Notes: generated by a model from the sequence alone, not told the origin. 64,000 nucleotides of DNA from a virus (IMGVR_UViG_3300028559_000038:1688-65687); one strand, 5' to 3'. Shown: positions 21,801-32,050, numbered from the stretch's first letter. Made by a program: numbers and translations.

Positions 21801-24800
21801 TGCCCTACCAAGTTTTTCCTGTTGTCCTTTTTGACTATACCATAGCGCTCCTGCGCCAATTGCTGCGCCAATTGCTGCTCCGATTGCTGTTCCAACAACT
21901 GGAACAACTGATCCAGCAGTAGCGCCAGTCGCTGCAGCGCCTAACACCCCTCCAGCAATAGCACCTCCTACACCTAAACCTATTGCACCAACTTTTGTTT
22001 GTGTTTTTGTCAGTGCCCCTGCTCCAGCAGATGATAAAAGTTTTGATTGGTTTTCCAAACCTTTACGTGATTTTTCCATTAGTTCTACTCTTATTTTTAA
22101 AGGATCTTTTATTAAATTTTCCCCATTAACACCAATCAAATTTATAAGTTTTGCATTAACACTAATTCCAAATGAGTAGTCTCCTATTTCTGAGGCTATG
22201 TTGGCAGCGATACTTCTGGCTTGCGCTGGATTAATTGCTCCTGCAGCAATTCCGGTTGCTAATTGATTTAATAATTGATCCTGTGCCGATTGCCTTCCCC
22301 CAGTTTTAATAGATTCAGAAACACCAGATACCATAGATTTTCCTGTTTCAGATTTAACAAAGTTTTCACCAAATGTTGTTTTTCCAGTTTGCACTGCAAA
22401 GGGATTAAGAAGATTTCCTCTTCTTCTATTCATAATTTCTCCAGCACTTACTTTATTTGAAAATATTGCAAGATCCTGTATTGCTTTATTTCCGCTTCCC
22501 ATTGCTTCAGACATTTCAATAGCACTATCTTGTGCTTTATCAAATGCCCTTCTAATAAGAACAACAGATGCTGCTAATGCTGTTAATCCTGCTGCTGCTG
22601 CACCTAATGGATTTGCAAGCATTGGAGCAATCATTGCTAATCCAGAAACTCCCATTGCAACATTTCCTAAACCAGTATTTCCTGTAGCATAACCAGCCAT
22701 TGCAGCAGTTCCTGCAACCATAGATAGAGGACCCGTCATGCCAGCCATACGGTTCATTTTTTGTGATTTCATGTCTCTTTTTGACTGTTTATCATTTTCT
22801 GTATTATCTTTAGACGCATCAGTATTTTTTTCTATTGCATCAATAAGTTTTGATTCTGGAACATACAAACCACTTGCAGTTTGTGAAAATGTTTTTCCAG
22901 CCATTAAGGATGGGTCATCTGCTCCACCTATTGCACCAGAAAATCTTGGGCCTTTGACCCCGTATGGAAAAACTCTTGCCAAATTAGATGTAGACATGAG
23001 TCTTGTATCTCTTGGATTTGCTGTTATTGTTTTACCACTTGGTTTTGGTTCTCCAGTTTGTCCACCAACTACACCAACTTTTCCATCTTTAGTTTGATAA
23101 ACTTCTCCTTTGGCTACTGCCAGAGTAGATGCTGTAGATTGGTACCCTTTTTCTAAAGATTTATCTGAGAAATAAACTCTATTGGCTTTTGACCCACGAC
23201 CAAGACTTACTTCTTTTCCATCGGTAGTTGTAACAATAAGACTCTTTGTTGCTGTTTGTCCAGTCTGCCTCTGTCTTGTTTCTACTCTAAAGTCTTTAAT
23301 AATTCCAGCACGCTTTGCTTGTTCTAAAATTTGAGCGCTAGTTTGAGGGGTAGACCCTAATCCTTTTCCTAAAGAGTATCCGCCAATTCTTTCATATTGA
23401 CTTAGCATTTTTTGATATGCTGGAGTAGATTTAATATTATCAGGAACATTTTTAAAAGCATTTTCTATAACGGCATCGGTAACTCTTGGAGATCTTCTTA
23501 TTTGATCCATCATTGCTGAATCAATTGCTTGAGTTTCTGCTGAAGTTAATCCTGAAGGTGCCCACTTATTTGGGCGACTTGCCCATTCTCTTTCAAAATC
23601 GCCTAAAGACACACCACTTCTTGTTGCCAAACCTTTATTTAATGTAGGATCAAATGAAAGTGCTAAAGAACCGTATGCTCTTGCTTCTGGAGATTTTCCT
23701 GTTGCTCTCAATACATCTCTATACATTTGGGCCTGAAGTTTTTCATTTTCTGTTAGTCTTCCTTGTGCAATTATGTCATCTAGATTTGTTAATCTTCCCC
23801 CGCCTATGTGAGTATAGTCATCCCCTGCAGAAACAGTTCCTTTTCCGTATTTTTTAATTTTTCCAGTAACAAGCGCTTCTACAAGTGGTTTATATGTTTC
23901 ATCTTGTGCAATTTCTGTAGGAATGACAGCCTCTCCTGGCATCAATAGAGATGGTACAGAATCTTTTCCTGAAGTTCCACCAACAACACCAGTTGTTCCT
24001 GATGCAAATTTCTTAGGGCCAAGGTTTTTAAATCCTGGAGCCATCATTCCTGGATTTGTTCTGGCAAAATTTGCTGCTGCTACTGTTGCGTTTATATATG
24101 CTTGTCTTAATGCTTTGACTGCTACCGCTTCTACTGTAAATGATTGAGTAAGTCTATTGTGAGCCTGGTCCAATGAGGTTGCAACCGTTGCCGCTTCTAA
24201 CTGTTCTGAATTTAAATAATTTGTTTGATCAGCCAAAACTTTGGTACTAGCGCCAGACTTTAAAAATCCAGCCCTCAGTGTTCCGAACAATTTAATGATA
24301 TTTGCTGTAGCATTTAAAACTAAACCAAATGTCATTAACAACACAGGGCCAATTACTCCAACCAAAGTTCCTGCTACAACAATAAACTTTTTTGTTCCTT
24401 CACTTAAATTGTCAAATTTATCTAATAATGAACCTATAACTTTTACTATCGGAGTTACGGCTTGTAGGAATGTTTTTCCTATTGGTGCAATAGCAACTTT
24501 TAATTTTTCAATAGATTCTCTAAAGTCAGTTCCTATAGCATTTTCTACAGTCTTTAATTCTCGTTCAGATAAAATTGCAAGTTCTTCAATTGACGCTGAG
24601 GCTAGGCCTAATACTTTGGAAGCCTGAGTGCCTTCTTTTGTTATGTTTTGAAATAGTGTTGATAAACGTGAAAATTGAAACTTACCAAACAATTGTTCAA
24701 TTGCACGGGAGCGATTTAGTGGATCTAGTGTGTCTAATGCCTGAGCAAAATCTACGACTGTTTCTCTAATGTTTCCTTGGTTTCCCTCAACAATTGCTTT

Positions 24801-26012
24801 AATGTTAACTCCAAAACCAGCCAACATTTCGCTAGCCTTTTTGCTCGGATTAATTAATGATGCAAGGCCAGATTTAAGTGCGTTAGCGCCTTCTGATGCA
24901 TTAATTCCGCCTTCTTTCATTGCGGTTAAGAAAAATGCTAAATCTTCAACAGATCCGCCAAGTTGTTTTATTACTGGGCCTGCTTTAGGGATTGCAATAG
25001 TTAAATCTTCAATGGATACTACAGTTTGGTTTTCTACTGCGTTAAGGAAGTTAATTTTATTTGCTAGGTCTTCTGCTGCTACTCCAAAAGCGTTTGTTAC
25101 TGATATAGTTGTTTCTAATGCTTGCCCCTGCTCTACCCCGCCAAGAACTGCAAGTCGAGTTGCTTGTGCTACTTGTGCTGTAAGGTCTGCTCCAGTTTTA
25201 CCCATTGCTGCTGCCTTGGCAGCCATCTCCATAGTTTCAGTAACTGCAACACCATATTTAGTAAAACCTTCAGCAAGAAGTTGTATTTCTTTTAATGCTT
25301 TATTAGTTTCATCTGCAGTAGTAAAAATATCTCCATAAACACGTTTAAATTTAATGGCTTGTGCTTCAAGATCCATAAATGTTTTTGATGCTACAGTTCC
25401 AAAGTATGCGAGTGGTATTGTAAAACCTACCATTAATTGACGACCAGCCCACTGAGTATTTTTACCAAAATTTAAAAGATTTGTCGATCCTTGTTTTAGT
25501 AATTGATTAAATAGTGCCTGTTTTTGTGCTGCTAATGCTGTTTTGGTTGCATAGTCATTCATATCCAATGTTCTTGGAGTAATTGACATTGCCTTAATTG
25601 CTCCAGATGCGTCACGACCCATTTTAATATATTGAGTCTGCATCTTCTTAACACGTTCTTCTGCTACCTTGCCAATAGTATTAAATTCTTCTTTAAATAA
25701 TTTTCCAAATGTTCTTGTAGATCCGCCTGCATAACGGAAATACTCACGCATTGAAAGTTTGTTCTTTTCAAGTGAGTGAGTAAATGATTCTGTCGAACTT
25801 CTTACTAGTCCCATTTGGGCAGTAAATTTGCCCGTAGCATTGATTGAATTTAAAAGATTAGTGGATAGATTTTTTTGCGCTGCTATTGAGGCTGCGCTAC
25901 CTTTTGATAGAGATGAATGAAAGGCTGCTAGTTGCCTTTGTAAATTTTTTAGTTCTGCTAAAGCGGCTGACGAATCAATTTGAACGCCAATTCTAGCGTT
26001 TACATCAGCCAT
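18801..26012 (-). CDS. tail tape measure protein
   Basis: 2403 aa, Ala/Gly-rich helical; TP901-type core (GINASEGANALKS), hydrophobic segments, LMPGEAV/LTPGEYV motifs. Confidence 0.93.
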   Translation of the reverse strand: MADVNARIGVQIDSSAALAELKNLQRQLAAFHSSLSKGSAASIAAQKNLSTNLLNSINATGKFTAQMGLVRSSTESFTHSLEKNKLSMREYFRYAGGSTRTFGKLFKEEFNTIGKVAEERVKKMQTQYIKMGRDASGAIKAMSITPRTLDMNDYATKTALAAQKQALFNQLLKQGSTNLLNFGKNTQWAGRQLMVGFTIPLAYFGTVASKTFMDLEAQAIKFKRVYGDIFTTADETNKALKEIQLLAEGFTKYGVAVTETMEMAAKAAAMGKTGADLTAQVAQATRLAVLGGVEQGQALETTISVTNAFGVAAEDLANKINFLNAVENQTVVSIEDLTIAIPKAGPVIKQLGGSVEDLAFFLTAMKEGGINASEGANALKSGLASLINPSKKASEMLAGFGVNIKAIVEGNQGNIRETVVDFAQALDTLDPLNRSRAIEQLFGKFQFSRLSTLFQNITKEGTQASKVLGLASASIEELAILSERELKTVENAIGTDFRESIEKLKVAIAPIGKTFLQAVTPIVKVIGSLLDKFDNLSEGTKKFIVVAGTLVGVIGPVLLMTFGLVLNATANIIKLFGTLRAGFLKSGASTKVLADQTNYLNSEQLEAATVATSLDQAHNRLTQSFTVEAVAVKALRQAYINATVAAANFARTNPGMMAPGFKNLGPKKFASGTTGVVGGTSGKDSVPSLLMPGEAVIPTEIAQDETYKPLVEALVTGKIKKYGKGTVSAGDDYTHIGGGRLTNLDDIIAQGRLTENEKLQAQMYRDVLRATGKSPEARAYGSLALSFDPTLNKGLATRSGVSLGDFEREWASRPNKWAPSGLTSAETQAIDSAMMDQIRRSPRVTDAVIENAFKNVPDNIKSTPAYQKMLSQYERIGGYSLGKGLGSTPQTSAQILEQAKRAGIIKDFRVETRQRQTGQTATKSLIVTTTDGKEVSLGRGSKANRVYFSDKSLEKGYQSTASTLAVAKGEVYQTKDGKVGVVGGQTGEPKPSGKTITANPRDTRLMSTSNLARVFPYGVKGPRFSGAIGGADDPSLMAGKTFSQTASGLYVPESKLIDAIEKNTDASKDNTENDKQSKRDMKSQKMNRMAGMTGPLSMVAGTAAMAGYATGNTGLGNVAMGVSGLAMIAPMLANPLGAAAAGLTALAASVVLIRRAFDKAQDSAIEMSEAMGSGNKAIQDLAIFSNKVSAGEIMNRRRGNLLNPFAVQTGKTTFGENFVKSETGKSMVSGVSESIKTGGRQSAQDQLLNQLATGIAAGAINPAQARSIAANIASEIGDYSFGISVNAKLINLIGVNGENLIKDPLKIRVELMEKSRKGLENQSKLLSSAGAGALTKTQTKVGAIGLGVGGAIAGGVLGAAATGATAGSVVPVVGTAIGAAIGAAIGAGALWYSQKGQQEKLGRASGANVAMQKMALEQSQQMQDSLRLEYEQRIANAKAAGDTAKAIQLQNDYQRENSTLLEQNGKLVTDIQNTYKNSSGAVRGALETGLDKQITSKYKDTAMADIAPLATDLLSGSSLSKEAQFTLKMQLASGQMDPMQIVNLIETFGKDSETLTKVMNIVTKFGGAFANQAMSVVNLFQDKNGNPLKEQQTKFIADISGKTSAEAEKYLKLFADISKVGNVMDIEVALTYYSNNPIEAAKLQSTIDEINKQKGKIDLDIATKILGAKEMEALRKDQEYFSKLPAEQQKVYLQTLTTMANIKGNNSEAIQNWLKQNPGKTEADYYVESAQKVTKISIDNTIPGGNKNVPGGNRDTTFDSILTDLKRTRDSRINAEGGDEELMRILGGNKDLTIFKGLNQQLSTITGNTDFIDWVGGIEKAIQGKLIKVSNDGAVALTKLGEAARKAYDEKTIGIFQARQIGLTKTADDQKQAFIKLTKAGIDNATALEMVADANLAAAIASKSAGKDAIQAAKDFETANKKNQETARFINPIQSFRDDMSKVSEMLDVQESQARARYEPEIKRINGLIKANEDAIDAKRRYIEIEYDRPIQALQDQTKKLNHDLSLIEKSAELITKKYEEQKEALQKVYELNSRLVQQEKSKISLADALSSGDISQAAQIAQDIRAQNQQYAQEDSLHALQVAQENQIAALRSASGLSRVQIEEKMYAISLQIYAIEEQQQIKINEIIALEDQNYQLKVNQLAVLESSLKKEIDAIDAQRQRFAQAELAIRAAEVQTDSYTEALKRAEQVLIRMVALAAKLAGGGTLDDVEDTVRGGTPTGLDGTQKGIAARLTSGIQNLVKKGNYNAAESATVKMMKEIGAVKAIASSDAVALRKQALGYLSKGGMVPQYFAKGGLSRGSDTVPAMLTPGEYVMSKSATQRFGPLLKQMNESGYPQNALSGYNSGMVQANRNEVTNNSNSVYNYSLSIDASGGSMNPNDIARVVLTQIKNMDSQRIRGNKY

Positions 26013-26033
26013 TCATTTGCACCCCGTTTATTT

Positions 26034-26366
26034 TTAGTTATTGGCGAGTACTGTATTTAACAAGGCATTTGCGTCTGCCAATTTAATTCCAGATGCTGCT
26101 TCAATAATTTTATAAGTAGTTGGAAGGTCTAAAATCTCTTCTAACTTTTCGATGTCTTTTGATAACTCTGGACTAAACTGCTCCATTGCAATCTGAGCAC
26201 ACTCTACTAACAATGTCATAGACTTATCATTATCTTCTGCTACTGCTGCAACCTGCTCAAATTTTTTCATAAATGGTCTTAGTAACGATAGTTTTAATGG
26301 TCTAACATTAATTTTTGTTCCATCCATTAATACAAGTTCTGTTCCATCTGTTTTTGTTGTTGGCAT
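26034..26366 (-). CDS. tail assembly chaperone, short form
   Basis: Between major tail and tape measure genes; paralog of the N-half of 26422..27102. Confidence 0.7.
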   Translation of the reverse strand: MPTTKTDGTELVLMDGTKINVRPLKLSLLRPFMKKFEQVAAVAEDNDKSMTLLVECAQIAMEQFSPELSKDIEKLEEILDLPTTYKIIEAASGIKLADANALLNTVLANN

Positions 26367-26421
26367 ATATTCCCTTTCCTAGGTAGATTTGAATTAATTA
26401 TATCACAAAACCAGCGTATTT

Positions 26422-27102
26422 TTATTCAATTTTTTCATAATCCAAACCCAGACCTATCCCAAATCCTGCCCTCTTGGCTTTGTCGCCTTTATAGGTAAGA
26501 ATGTCATTGTCTGGTCTTCCGCCATTAAATACTTTATTTTTTAACTTGGTCCATGGATCTTCTTCTTGCGACTTATTCTTATCTAAATCAATGCCCTGAA
26601 TAGCAGCAAGAAATTTTTTTTCTTCGTTATCAACTTCTCTTTTTGATTTAAGAATAGCCATTAATTCTGGCATGGATATAGAGGTTTCTAGTTCATTGTA
26701 GTCTTTCCATATTCCCAGCAAAAATGCTTCTGATTCTAATTTTACTAAATCTAGATCTGCCCAAACCGATTTATCCTCTGTGACGTTTTTTGCTACAGAA
26801 TCTTTTGAGTCTTTATTAACTTTAATGCCTGCTGCTACATCCAATATTTCAAATATTGTTGGCATGTCAAAATTATCTTCTACATCTTTTTTATTTTTAG
26901 ACCATTCTGGATGAAACTGTTTCATACATATTCTAATGCACTCAATTAAAACATCTGTGGCTTCATCATCGCCATTAGTGTCTTTGACTAATTGAAAAAT
27001 GTCCATAAACTCCCTTAAATATTTAATTTTTAAAGGACTAATTTCTATTTCAAAACTATCAACAGAGTATACGTTTTTAATATCATAAACAGTGTTTGCC
27101 AT
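26422..27102 (-). CDS. tail assembly chaperone, long form
   Basis: Position; N-half similar to 26034..26366 plus about 110 extra C-terminal residues. Confidence 0.7.
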   Translation of the reverse strand: MANTVYDIKNVYSVDSFEIEISPLKIKYLREFMDIFQLVKDTNGDDEATDVLIECIRICMKQFHPEWSKNKKDVEDNFDMPTIFEILDVAAGIKVNKDSKDSVAKNVTEDKSVWADLDLVKLESEAFLLGIWKDYNELETSISMPELMAILKSKREVDNEEKKFLAAIQGIDLDKNKSQEEDPWTKLKNKVFNGGRPDNDILTYKGDKAKRAGFGIGLGLDYEKIE

Positions 27103-27117
27103 AATTCTATTATATCA

Positions 27118-27150
27118 AAAAAAAGACCCACCAGTTTGACTAGTGGGCCC
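27118..27150 (-). terminator. intrinsic terminator after the major tail gene
   Basis: Minus strand GGCCCACTAG-TCAAA-CTGGTGGGTC followed by a T run. Confidence 0.8.
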
Positions 27151-27171
27151 TTCTTTTCTTTATTAAGTTTT

Positions 27172-27816
27172 TTATGAACCTTGAATTGTACGGTCAATAA
27201 TTTTTCCGTATGATCCAGAAGTATCTTCTGGTAGAAGACGGAATGTAACATCAAACATTGTTGCTGTATCACGCTTTGCTGACACTGTAACATTTTCAAT
27301 AGAAAGTGCACGGTATGCAACATAAACACGCTCAATAACGTCTGAATCTTCGCAATCTCCAGTTCCTGGTCCTACTGCGATTAATGCACGTTCAACTGGA
27401 CATTCTCCAATATCGCCTGACGCAAGATTAAGAACGCGACCTGCTGATGTGCTTTTTGTTCCTGAAAGATCGTCGGCTTGACCTGCGATTGAAAATAATA
27501 AATTTTCTAATGTTGCTTCTGCAAACGAAGTAGCAAGAGTTACTTGCATACCCTGCTTGTAAAGTTTTGCAACGTCAAGAATTTGATCTACTTGAACCTC
27601 GCCGAAATCAGGTTGAAATGTGATTTCGATACCATTACTTGTGTATCCTACGTTTTCAATTCCACCAGCAATATTTGCTGAGTTGGACAAAGTCTCTTTA
27701 TAAGACTGTGTTGTTACAAACGCAGGCACTGTACCTGGTGTTAATGTACTGTCTGCTGTAAACAGTGCAGCAGCGCCAACGATAATATCGCTAGATGTAC
27801 CTCTTGTATATGCCAT
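27172..27816 (-). CDS. major tail protein
   Basis: NVGYTSNGIEITFQP...VDQ, FAEATLENL; strong RBS GAGGTG; followed by a terminator. Confidence 0.85.
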   Translation of the reverse strand: MAYTRGTSSDIIVGAAALFTADSTLTPGTVPAFVTTQSYKETLSNSANIAGGIENVGYTSNGIEITFQPDFGEVQVDQILDVAKLYKQGMQVTLATSFAEATLENLLFSIAGQADDLSGTKSTSAGRVLNLASGDIGECPVERALIAVGPGTGDCEDSDVIERVYVAYRALSIENVTVSAKRDTATMFDVTFRLLPEDTSGSYGKIIDRTIQGS

Positions 27817-27913
27817 TTATTCACCTCGTTTTGGTTAGTATATGGACGATTTGTTTCCTCAGAACAATTATACAGCCTTTTTATTGTTGTAGGCTGGGAC
27901 GGTTTATATTAAA

Positions 27914-28483
27914 TTAAAGAAATTCTGGATTGTCTTTAAAATGATAGTCATATTCCACTATGTACTTATGGATGCTTCCCCTTCTATACTCGTCTAAATC
28001 TACTAGGTCTTGTGATTCGTCTGCCTGAAAAACCCTAATTCCTCTAAAAAATACTTTCATTGGAAAACCTTTTGCAACAAGATCTGCTCTATTATCATGC
28101 ATCCATTTATTTAAATCTTGACCAGAGTAGTCTTCTCTGTCTAAGATTCCTAACATTACATTTCCAATGTTAGTGCAACTTTCAATAGATCCATAAACTG
28201 TGTATAAAACCTGCTCTCTTTTTCCTATTGGAAAAGCGCTAGATCTTAAGCGAATCATACGATCATAAAACAAAACAGCAGGAAGCGTTCCATCTTCTGA
28301 TGTTTGCAAACCCTCATATATTTCTGAAATATTAACTGCTTGTCCTGCTGGTAAAAATGGAATATACGATGTGATGTTTGGGTTTATTGCCATATTTATA
28401 TCCTCATATTTACTAAGTTCAGAATACAAATACTCGTTAATGTACCTTATAGGAAAATCAAATGTTGCTGCTGCGGTTACCAT
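27914..28483 (-). CDS. putative tail terminator/neck protein
   Basis: Position immediately before the major tail gene. Confidence 0.5.
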   Translation of the reverse strand: MVTAAATFDFPIRYINEYLYSELSKYEDINMAINPNITSYIPFLPAGQAVNISEIYEGLQTSEDGTLPAVLFYDRMIRLRSSAFPIGKREQVLYTVYGSIESCTNIGNVMLGILDREDYSGQDLNKWMHDNRADLVAKGFPMKVFFRGIRVFQADESQDLVDLDEYRRGSIHKYIVEYDYHFKDNPEFL

Positions 28484-28487
28484 AATT

Positions 28488-29165
28488 CTATTCTACCTCA
28501 ATTTTTGCATCTACCATCCATTTAAACCCAGTGGCTTTGCCTACTGATCTACCACCTTTAACCCCTGCTGCAAAATTCTTTTTATATATTTTGGGATTAT
28601 TTAAATACTCATACAATCCTGTTGATGTTAAAAATGACTGAGTAAAATATACGTTCATAAAAGTATCAAATACTTTCTCATAGGATCCTTTAACTTCTCT
28701 ACCCCCAGGAAAACTATTAACTATTGTTTTTTTAGTAAACACTTCAGTCCCATTATCCATAAACACTAAAGCATTGTTTCCTTTTGGCCTTATAACAACT
28801 GGAACCCCATCTTCCATAATTTTTGCCTTACTGTAGAAAGGTTCATAAGACCCAGACTGTACTGATTGAGACTGCTTAAATTTAGAGTTAATTGATATCC
28901 CCAAACTTGTTACTCGATATTCAACGTCAAACAATCTTTGCCCTCTATTTCCAACCTGATACCATTCGTATACGTGGTGTAGTGCTGCAGGATTGCTTCT
29001 TGCCATCGCATCTATATATAATTTTAATGCTTCAACTGTTCCTCTTGCAAGATTATCTAAAAATATTTTTTTTCCAGACTCAGCACCTTCTAAAAAACCA
29101 AAAGAATAATCTACCATATTATCTAACTGTTTTTGAAAAAGTTTAGTATTTAGTTTAACTAGCAT
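28488..29165 (-). CDS. putative tail completion/neck protein
   Basis: Position in the head-tail joining block; LHHVYEW. Confidence 0.5.
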   Translation of the reverse strand: MLVKLNTKLFQKQLDNMVDYSFGFLEGAESGKKIFLDNLARGTVEALKLYIDAMARSNPAALHHVYEWYQVGNRGQRLFDVEYRVTSLGISINSKFKQSQSVQSGSYEPFYSKAKIMEDGVPVVIRPKGNNALVFMDNGTEVFTKKTIVNSFPGGREVKGSYEKVFDTFMNVYFTQSFLTSTGLYEYLNNPKIYKKNFAAGVKGGRSVGKATGFKWMVDAKIEVE

Positions 29166-29611
29166 TAATCTACTGACGCTTGACTATCAGTACGTCTCCA
29201 AACCATTCTATATGAATCAATATTTCCAAACGGACCAACAAATGGATTTATTGTTGCAATTTCGTATATTGTGCCTTTGCCAGAGCGTATGCCAGAGGTT
29301 TCTTTATATATTGAATTACCCTTATCATCTCTTATGTTTGTAATTAGGATATCCGTTATGGCATAACTTTTACCAAGAGAAGACACTCTTAGGTCGGTTA
29401 ATGATCTTGCGTTTAGTTTATTGCTTAGGGTTGAAATCATCTTGGGATCCAACTCTTCGATGTTTTTTCTAGAGGATGGGGTGGCGTTGCAAGCAATTGT
29501 TCTATCAATAACCCATTGTTTTTTTATTTCTCCGTAGCCACCTTGGGAGGCTATTGCATAGTAAACATCTGCACACATGGGATGAATAAAGTCATTTAAC
29601 TCGCATAACAT
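29165..29611 (-). CDS. putative head closure protein
   Basis: Position and size; YGEIKKQW motif. Confidence 0.5.
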   Translation of the reverse strand: MLCELNDFIHPMCADVYYAIASQGGYGEIKKQWVIDRTIACNATPSSRKNIEELDPKMISTLSNKLNARSLTDLRVSSLGKSYAITDILITNIRDDKGNSIYKETSGIRSGKGTIYEIATINPFVGPFGNIDSYRMVWRRTDSQASVD

Positions 29612-30519
29612 TAAATCACACCTGGCCTAACAAGGTTATTTCTGTATTTGTCTAAAATTTTATCAACTATCATATTGCCAGTTCCATTTAAAACAGTTTT
29701 ATCAAACTGAATTTTATACTGATCAGTATTGTATGATGTTACATATCGTTTGTAATAGTCTAACTTCCCGCACTTTAAATCTTCAATTAATAACTTTGTT
29801 GCATACTCAATATCAACAGGAACTGTTTTATACCCTGCGTCTAGTAGAAAAATATAATCATAGCCTCTTGGAAAATCAACAACTCTTCCAGTTCCTACGG
29901 ATCCTAAATCTCCAGCGGATGCAGGGAGTATAATTGATCCTTGCTCAACTCGGTTGTATGTAGATTCAGAAACACGTTGAATGGCAGAGTTATCTCCGGT
30001 AATATTAAAATCGTAAAAATTTTCATCTGGAGTTTCAAAATCAAAAATTAAAATATTGTTTTCATATACCTTTAAGACTTTATTAAATTTTTTCCAAACA
30101 TTAAAATAGTCTGATCCTTGGCCAACGCCTTGAACTATCATTTTTGAATTATAAAAACCATCCTGAATTATGGTATCTATTATTGATCTAGCAACCATTT
30201 CTAGTTGTGTGTACTCTGTAATTTCTGAAGCGGTAGATCCCAAACTATTTGGGTTAACATACGGCCTTACAAAATCAACTACATCTTCTACAACTATATT
30301 TTCATCTTCGTCTAAAATTTGAAATAAAAATTTCCTGTCCATTAATAAATCAGATTGATTAAAGGTATAAGTAACTTTAGAGTTTACTGTTGATACGACG
30401 TTAGAAGATACCATTTCATGATCTACTAAATCTTCAACATATATTGTATAGTTTTCGTTATTGTCTGGCACTTCCCAAGTAGTTAATTTTGGGTATGTGG
30501 GTACTCTTAATATATCCAT
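29611..30519 (-). CDS. head-tail adaptor protein
   Basis: GYKTVPVDIEYATKLL...VDKILDKYR adaptor-like C-terminus. Confidence 0.6.
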   Translation of the reverse strand: MDILRVPTYPKLTTWEVPDNNENYTIYVEDLVDHEMVSSNVVSTVNSKVTYTFNQSDLLMDRKFLFQILDEDENIVVEDVVDFVRPYVNPNSLGSTASEITEYTQLEMVARSIIDTIIQDGFYNSKMIVQGVGQGSDYFNVWKKFNKVLKVYENNILIFDFETPDENFYDFNITGDNSAIQRVSESTYNRVEQGSIILPASAGDLGSVGTGRVVDFPRGYDYIFLLDAGYKTVPVDIEYATKLLIEDLKCGKLDYYKRYVTSYNTDQYKIQFDKTVLNGTGNMIVDKILDKYRNNLVRPGVI

Positions 30520-30520
30520 A

Positions 30521-30793
30521 TTATAATCCGTATTCCTTTGCTACTTCTTCAGGGTCGGCAAGCCTAATTCCTGATTTAGTTAACCATTTTTCTAAATTCT
30601 TTTTTTCTATAATGTTATATCCCTTTAATACTTTTCCCAGGCTTGACGAATATAAATTTTTAATTGAATGAATGGCGACCAAATCTTTTACCTTAACCGT
30701 TTTAATTTCTTTGTTTTGGGTAGGCAGATTGTCTACAGAGACTCCTAAAATATTATTTTCAATTAAATCAATTTTTTGTTTTTCTGTTGACAT
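30521..30793 (-). CDS. hypothetical protein
   Basis: ORF track; RBS GAGGGAG. Confidence 0.6.
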   Translation of the reverse strand: MSTEKQKIDLIENNILGVSVDNLPTQNKEIKTVKVKDLVAIHSIKNLYSSSLGKVLKGYNIIEKKNLEKWLTKSGIRLADPEEVAKEYGL

Positions 30794-30828
30794 TTTTCTC
30801 CCTCAATTGTATTATATCATTATAAATT

Positions 30829-30865
30829 AAAATGGGGATAAGAGATTTAACTCTTACCCCCAAAA
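30829..30865 (-). terminator. intrinsic terminator after the major capsid gene
   Basis: Minus strand GGGGTAAGAG-TTAAAT-CTCTTATCCCC then ATTTT. Confidence 0.7.
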
Positions 30866-30882
30866 TAAAAACTGTTTACAGA

Positions 30883-32031
30883 TTATGAATCTGAAGCAGC
30901 ATCAGCGAATGCAATTGCATCCTGCTCTTCCCATTGCAAACCGAAACGAACGAATACTGTGTATTCGATTGTATCTTTCTTTGCTTGGTATTGACGATTT
31001 ACAGTAATGTCTCTTTGGAAACCCCATACACGGTTGGCAGGGAATGTTAAATCAACATATCCTTCTGGGTAGTAAGGAACTTCTTGAACTTCAATACCTA
31101 GAACACGAGTTGTACGTGCTCCGCCAAAAGTTTGTCCTAGACCGTCTAAATAGTTTTGACGGTTTGCTTGTGTGCTTCCTGGAACTTGTCCAGCAAACGC
31201 TTCTGCAACTGCATCTGCAAGGGTACCGTTATTTTTAACGATTCCTCCAAATACATCTGTTCCTGCATAGAACTTAAGATTGTTCTTAAGTGCACGATAC
31301 TTACGTGGCATTGCATTGATGATGTTTTGCATCACAGATGGTGTCCAAGCGTTATCTGATACAGTTACTTCTGACTCATGGGCATCCCCATCGGTCTTTA
31401 CCTTATTAACAAATCCGTTCATAATTGAAAGGAATGCGTTTGATCCTGCACCTGTACCATTAATAGCAAGGTCTTCGATATCATTACCGAAAGCATTTGT
31501 CATTAATCGAACGATGTGATCTTCTAGTGCTGCACCTTCGATGTTATCTTCTAGTGCCTCTGCAGAAACTTCCCAATCTAGACGAATCTTCTTGGTTGTA
31601 AGTTCTACTTTGCTAAATGTTGCTCCAGCGTTGGTGTAGTCACCAACTGCTTGTGAAGCAGCACGAATTACACGCTCACCAACGTTAACTTTTTCAAGTT
31701 CCATTGTGTTAGCACGCATTGTAACGCGACGGCCATCTTGTGCAAGTACTGTTGCGTCCCAAACATAGTCAATAAATTGACGTGCTTGTTCTGGACGAAG
31801 AATACCACTGCCAGCATCACCTGAGGGGTTAACTGCATTTGGACCATCTACGATTCCTGATAGTGCTGTTGGGATATTCCCAATAACTCCACCATCAGAG
31901 TAATTACCTGGTACGTTTGTTGCTGCGTCTGAACCTGATGCAAATGCACCCTGACCTTGGAAAAGGCCTGGAGTAGTTCCACCAATATTGCCACTTGTAC
32001 CTGGCTGATTTTTCTTAATTTCTTCCGACAT
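30883..32031 (-). CDS. major capsid protein (HK97 fold)
   Basis: GILRPEQARQFIDYV, LEDNIEG, EDLAING; start at 32031 behind a GGAGGTG RBS (the ORF-track extension is spurious). Confidence 0.9.
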   Translation of the reverse strand: MSEEIKKNQPGTSGNIGGTTPGLFQGQGAFASGSDAATNVPGNYSDGGVIGNIPTALSGIVDGPNAVNPSGDAGSGILRPEQARQFIDYVWDATVLAQDGRRVTMRANTMELEKVNVGERVIRAASQAVGDYTNAGATFSKVELTTKKIRLDWEVSAEALEDNIEGAALEDHIVRLMTNAFGNDIEDLAINGTGAGSNAFLSIMNGFVNKVKTDGDAHESEVTVSDNAWTPSVMQNIINAMPRKYRALKNNLKFYAGTDVFGGIVKNNGTLADAVAEAFAGQVPGSTQANRQNYLDGLGQTFGGARTTRVLGIEVQEVPYYPEGYVDLTFPANRVWGFQRDITVNRQYQAKKDTIEYTVFVRFGLQWEEQDAIAFADAASDS

Positions 32032-32050
32032 GATTACACCTCCAGATGAT

